A DNA stretch of 22,826 nt from Craspedostauros australis (Eukaryota). Location: NCBI GenBank assembly GCA_030167865.1, contig JALAGF010006261.1, positions 62,001-84,826 on the forward strand, in the 5' to 3' direction. Shown piece after piece: positions 20,823 through 22,826 of this stretch. The position numbers were made by a program, and so were the translations under genes. The notes beneath the pieces were generated by a model. The model made no database searches, had not been told where the DNA came from, and saw only the letters and a list, made by a program, of their open reading frames with translations. Position 1 is the stretch's first letter; each line of letters starts with the position of its first letter.

Positions 20823-21307
20823 GTGACAGTGAGCACTCTACCTACTCTACATACATCATTCATCACAATCCTGTCGACTAGTCGTACCATACTCTTATCC
20901 TTTTCGCGTCGCTGTCTGTTGTATTATATTATATAATGCTTTCGCGTGAACGAATAGTAGAATACTAGGTAAGTAAAGCAACTGCCATGGCAAAGGGATG
21001 GCTAACCCATACGCGGCCGACTCCGGAACACACGGAGGACGCTTCCCAGAGCGCAGCATCAGCACTCTTGCAGATGTTCTGTGGAAACGATTTACGTGAT
21101 GGCGGGAAAAGGCAAAGACGTTGCCAAGCGGTTGCATGTCGGTTTGAACGGGTTTCATTTGCCAATTGCATGGCTGAGACATCCGATGGTGCGGTTGGTC
21201 TGTGGAAGGATCTTTGGCGGACCAGACGCCACGACGTCACCGATCAACAACCAACAACGAAGCTCGTAATGCGCTTGCATCCACAGATCGCACCCAGCGC
21301 ATGTCGC

Positions 21308-21495
21308 TGTCAATAGGACTGAGTGAGTGAATCAATGTTGTTCGCTAATATTTATGAGAGATTGTATTGATTAGCGCTGGAGTTGCGGAAAGGATTCCTG
21401 ATCGTAGCTTGCCTGTCTCTAGCAGAAAAGTGGGCGCGAGGTGCATAGCGTTCTGGCGATGGACAGGCGAGTCACGGGCGGGACTGGAATCAACA
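21308..21495 (-). repeat. Putative 3' LTR (188 bp, or 160 bp if it ends at 21336)
   Basis: Starts TGTTGAT directly after the PPT-like GCGAGGGTG. Candidate ends are ...CAACA (21336) and ...TATTGACA (21308). The partner LTR is outside the window. Confidence 0.6.
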
Positions 21496-22826
21496 CACCC
21501 TCGCGGGACTCCCAGCATGCTCTGTCCTGTTGCCTTGCCACTGTCTGGAGTGGGCTTGAGGTAGACTTCGCGCATTTTGCGATGGTGAGCTNNNNNNNNN
21601 NNNNNNNNNNNNNNNNNNNNNNNNNNNNNNNNNNNNNNNNNCGGATGATGTTTGGTGAAGTAGTCGGCGAGGTTGTCTGCTCCTGGGGCCCAATAGATGA
21701 TGAACTGGCCCTGTTGGACACGGTCACGCACCCAGTAGAACCGCATGTCCATGGCCCGCGTGCGTCGTTGTTTCATCGTGTTGTTCACAATTCCGGATGC
21801 TGTGGAATTGTCTGTTTTGATGGGCGTAGGTGGTTGGGGATGCCCCAACTCGTCGAGCGTTGTGCGAAGTGCTGTGGCTGCTGTGCAGTTCAAGTACAGG
21901 GCGCCCACTTCGGCTTCGGCCGCGGAGCTCATCACATTTTGTATTTTGTTGCATACGGTGTGAATGGCGCCATTGTTGGGTGGCTCGGTGCTCGGTGCCT
22001 TGGTGGTATCGGTGGACCGTTTGCTGAGGTACATGTGGCCTCCGGCCCGGCTTCTCGCTTTTGGTACGCTGAGGTAGGATGCGTCGCTGTCGACGTGCAA
22101 GATCATGTCGCTGGCATGATACACCAGGATGGCGTTGGGATGGGTGGCGTAGTAGTCCATGAGTTGGTTCACGCGTCGTTCGGTGTCTTGTGTCGCGTGC
22201 GCCTGCTGTGTGGCGATGTCGCTTACTGCTGGTAGGATGGTTGGGTCTACTGCTCTGGCGTAGTATAGTAGTGTCCCCACCACTTGTCGAATGCGGATGA
22301 TTTGTTCCGCCGGGAGTTTGGGCGATGTGTCATCGTGTTTGGGCTCTTGTGTCTTCGCCCCGTAGGTTGGTGCGTCCCACGGTGCCGGCGCATGTTGTGG
22401 TCGAGTGGGGATGGGGTGCTGAAACTTGTGAAGTGCTTTTTGCACGTATCCTGGCATGGAGAGCTCCACTGTTCGCNNNNNNNNNNNNNNNNNNNNNNNN
22501 NNNNNNNNNNNNNNNNNNNNNNNNNNNNNNNNNNTACACTTGTAGATGGTTTGCAAAGCGCCGATGAGGTGCTTCGCGTGTTCTTCGCCCACATATTTCA
22601 CACCGAAATCGTCGACGACCAGGGTGAAAGTGATGGGTCTGCAATCGTGTTTCCACAGTCCAGGTGTGTGCACGACTGGGCGGTATCCGAATTTTGCGAG
22701 GTGTTTCTGGAGCTTCACATTCGCTATTTTGCCGGCTTGTGGGAGGCCGTACATGCCCTTGCGTACTTCCACATACACGTTGCCTTTGTGTTCGAGGTCG
22801 TGGAGTTTGTACTGTTCGACGACTTC
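21345..22826 (-). CDS. Copia Pol polyprotein, 5'-partial (reverse transcriptase + RNase H)
   Basis: RT motifs KGMYGLPQAG, LVVDDFGVKY and VGTLLYYARAVD. RNase H motifs DSDASYLS, SSAAEAE, TDN, MDMRFYWVRD and NLADYFTKHH. The frame is open to the window edge (EVVEQYKLHDLEHKGNVYVEV) with no stops in the sequenced part. Confidence 0.93.
   Translation of the reverse strand, partial: EVVEQYKLHDLEHKGNVYVEVRKGMYGLPQAGKIANVKLQKHLAKFGYRPVVHTPGLWKHDCRPITFTLVVDDFGVKYVGEEHAKHLIGALQTIYKCXXXXXXXXXXXXXXXXXXXXRTVELSMPGYVQKALHKFQHPIPTRPQHAPAPWDAPTYGAKTQEPKHDDTSPKLPAEQIIRIRQVVGTLLYYARAVDPTILPAVSDIATQQAHATQDTERRVNQLMDYYATHPNAILVYHASDMILHVDSDASYLSVPKARSRAGGHMYLSKRSTDTTKAPSTEPPNNGAIHTVCNKIQNVMSSAAEAEVGALYLNCTAATALRTTLDELGHPQPPTPIKTDNSTASGIVNNTMKQRRTRAMDMRFYWVRDRVQQGQFIIYWAPGADNLADYFTKHHPXXXXXXXXXXXXXXXXXAHHRKMREVYLKPTPDSGKATGQSMLGVPRGCVDSSPARDSPVHRQNAMHLAPTFLLETGKLRSGILSATPALINTISHKY
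21592..21641. other. Assembly gap (50 N)
   Basis: N run inside the RNase H C-terminus. Confidence 0.99.
22477..22534. other. Assembly gap (58 N)
   Basis: N run inside RT; the frame is preserved (20 codons affected). Confidence 0.99.

Larger units (their letters stand above)
21308..22826 (-). mobile_element. 3' part of a Ty1/copia LTR retrotransposon (CoDi-like)
   Basis: RT followed by RNase H, then a purine-rich GCGAGGGTG and a TGTTG LTR start at 21495. The element continues beyond the right edge of the window. Confidence 0.92.

Noticed and set aside
20895..21316. Short ORFs and E2F-like sites (GGCGGGAAAA at 21101, TTTGGCGG near 21213) beside the LTR
   Set aside because: No coherent frame that would indicate an interrupted gene, and the short motifs have no identifiable target.
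1..22826. A multi-gene functional cluster, tRNA/rRNA or CRISPR array
   Set aside because: The genes have unrelated functions and mixed orientations; no cloverleaf, rRNA or repeat-spacer pattern was seen by eye.

Overview
Eukaryotic nuclear DNA, gene-dense, with GT-AG introns. It is most likely from a diatom or another stramenopile, inferred from a CoDi-type copia element and the gene content. From left to right: (1) a partial minus-strand gene missing from the ORF track that resembles an M50/site-2 protease with its HExxH motif lost; (2) an ankyrin + tandem BTB protein (ABTB1-like); (3) a two-exon Alba/Rpp25-family protein; (4) a SAC-domain phosphoinositide phosphatase with an unexpected signal-plus-transit-like N-terminus; (5) a two-exon cytosolic isoleucyl-tRNA synthetase; (6) a His-containing DUF2306-like membrane protein; (7) a type II membrane sulfotransferase-fold protein; (8) an orphan coiled-coil protein ending in a candidate ATG8-interacting motif; (9) the RT-RNase H-PPT-3'LTR end of a Ty1/copia retrotransposon with two assembly gaps. 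I found no tRNA, rRNA or CRISPR, and no evidence that these genes form one multi-gene system. The best leads are single genes: the putative pseudo-protease, the possibly periplastid-targeted SAC phosphatase and the candidate autophagy adaptor. All family calls are motif recognition by eye; no searches were run.
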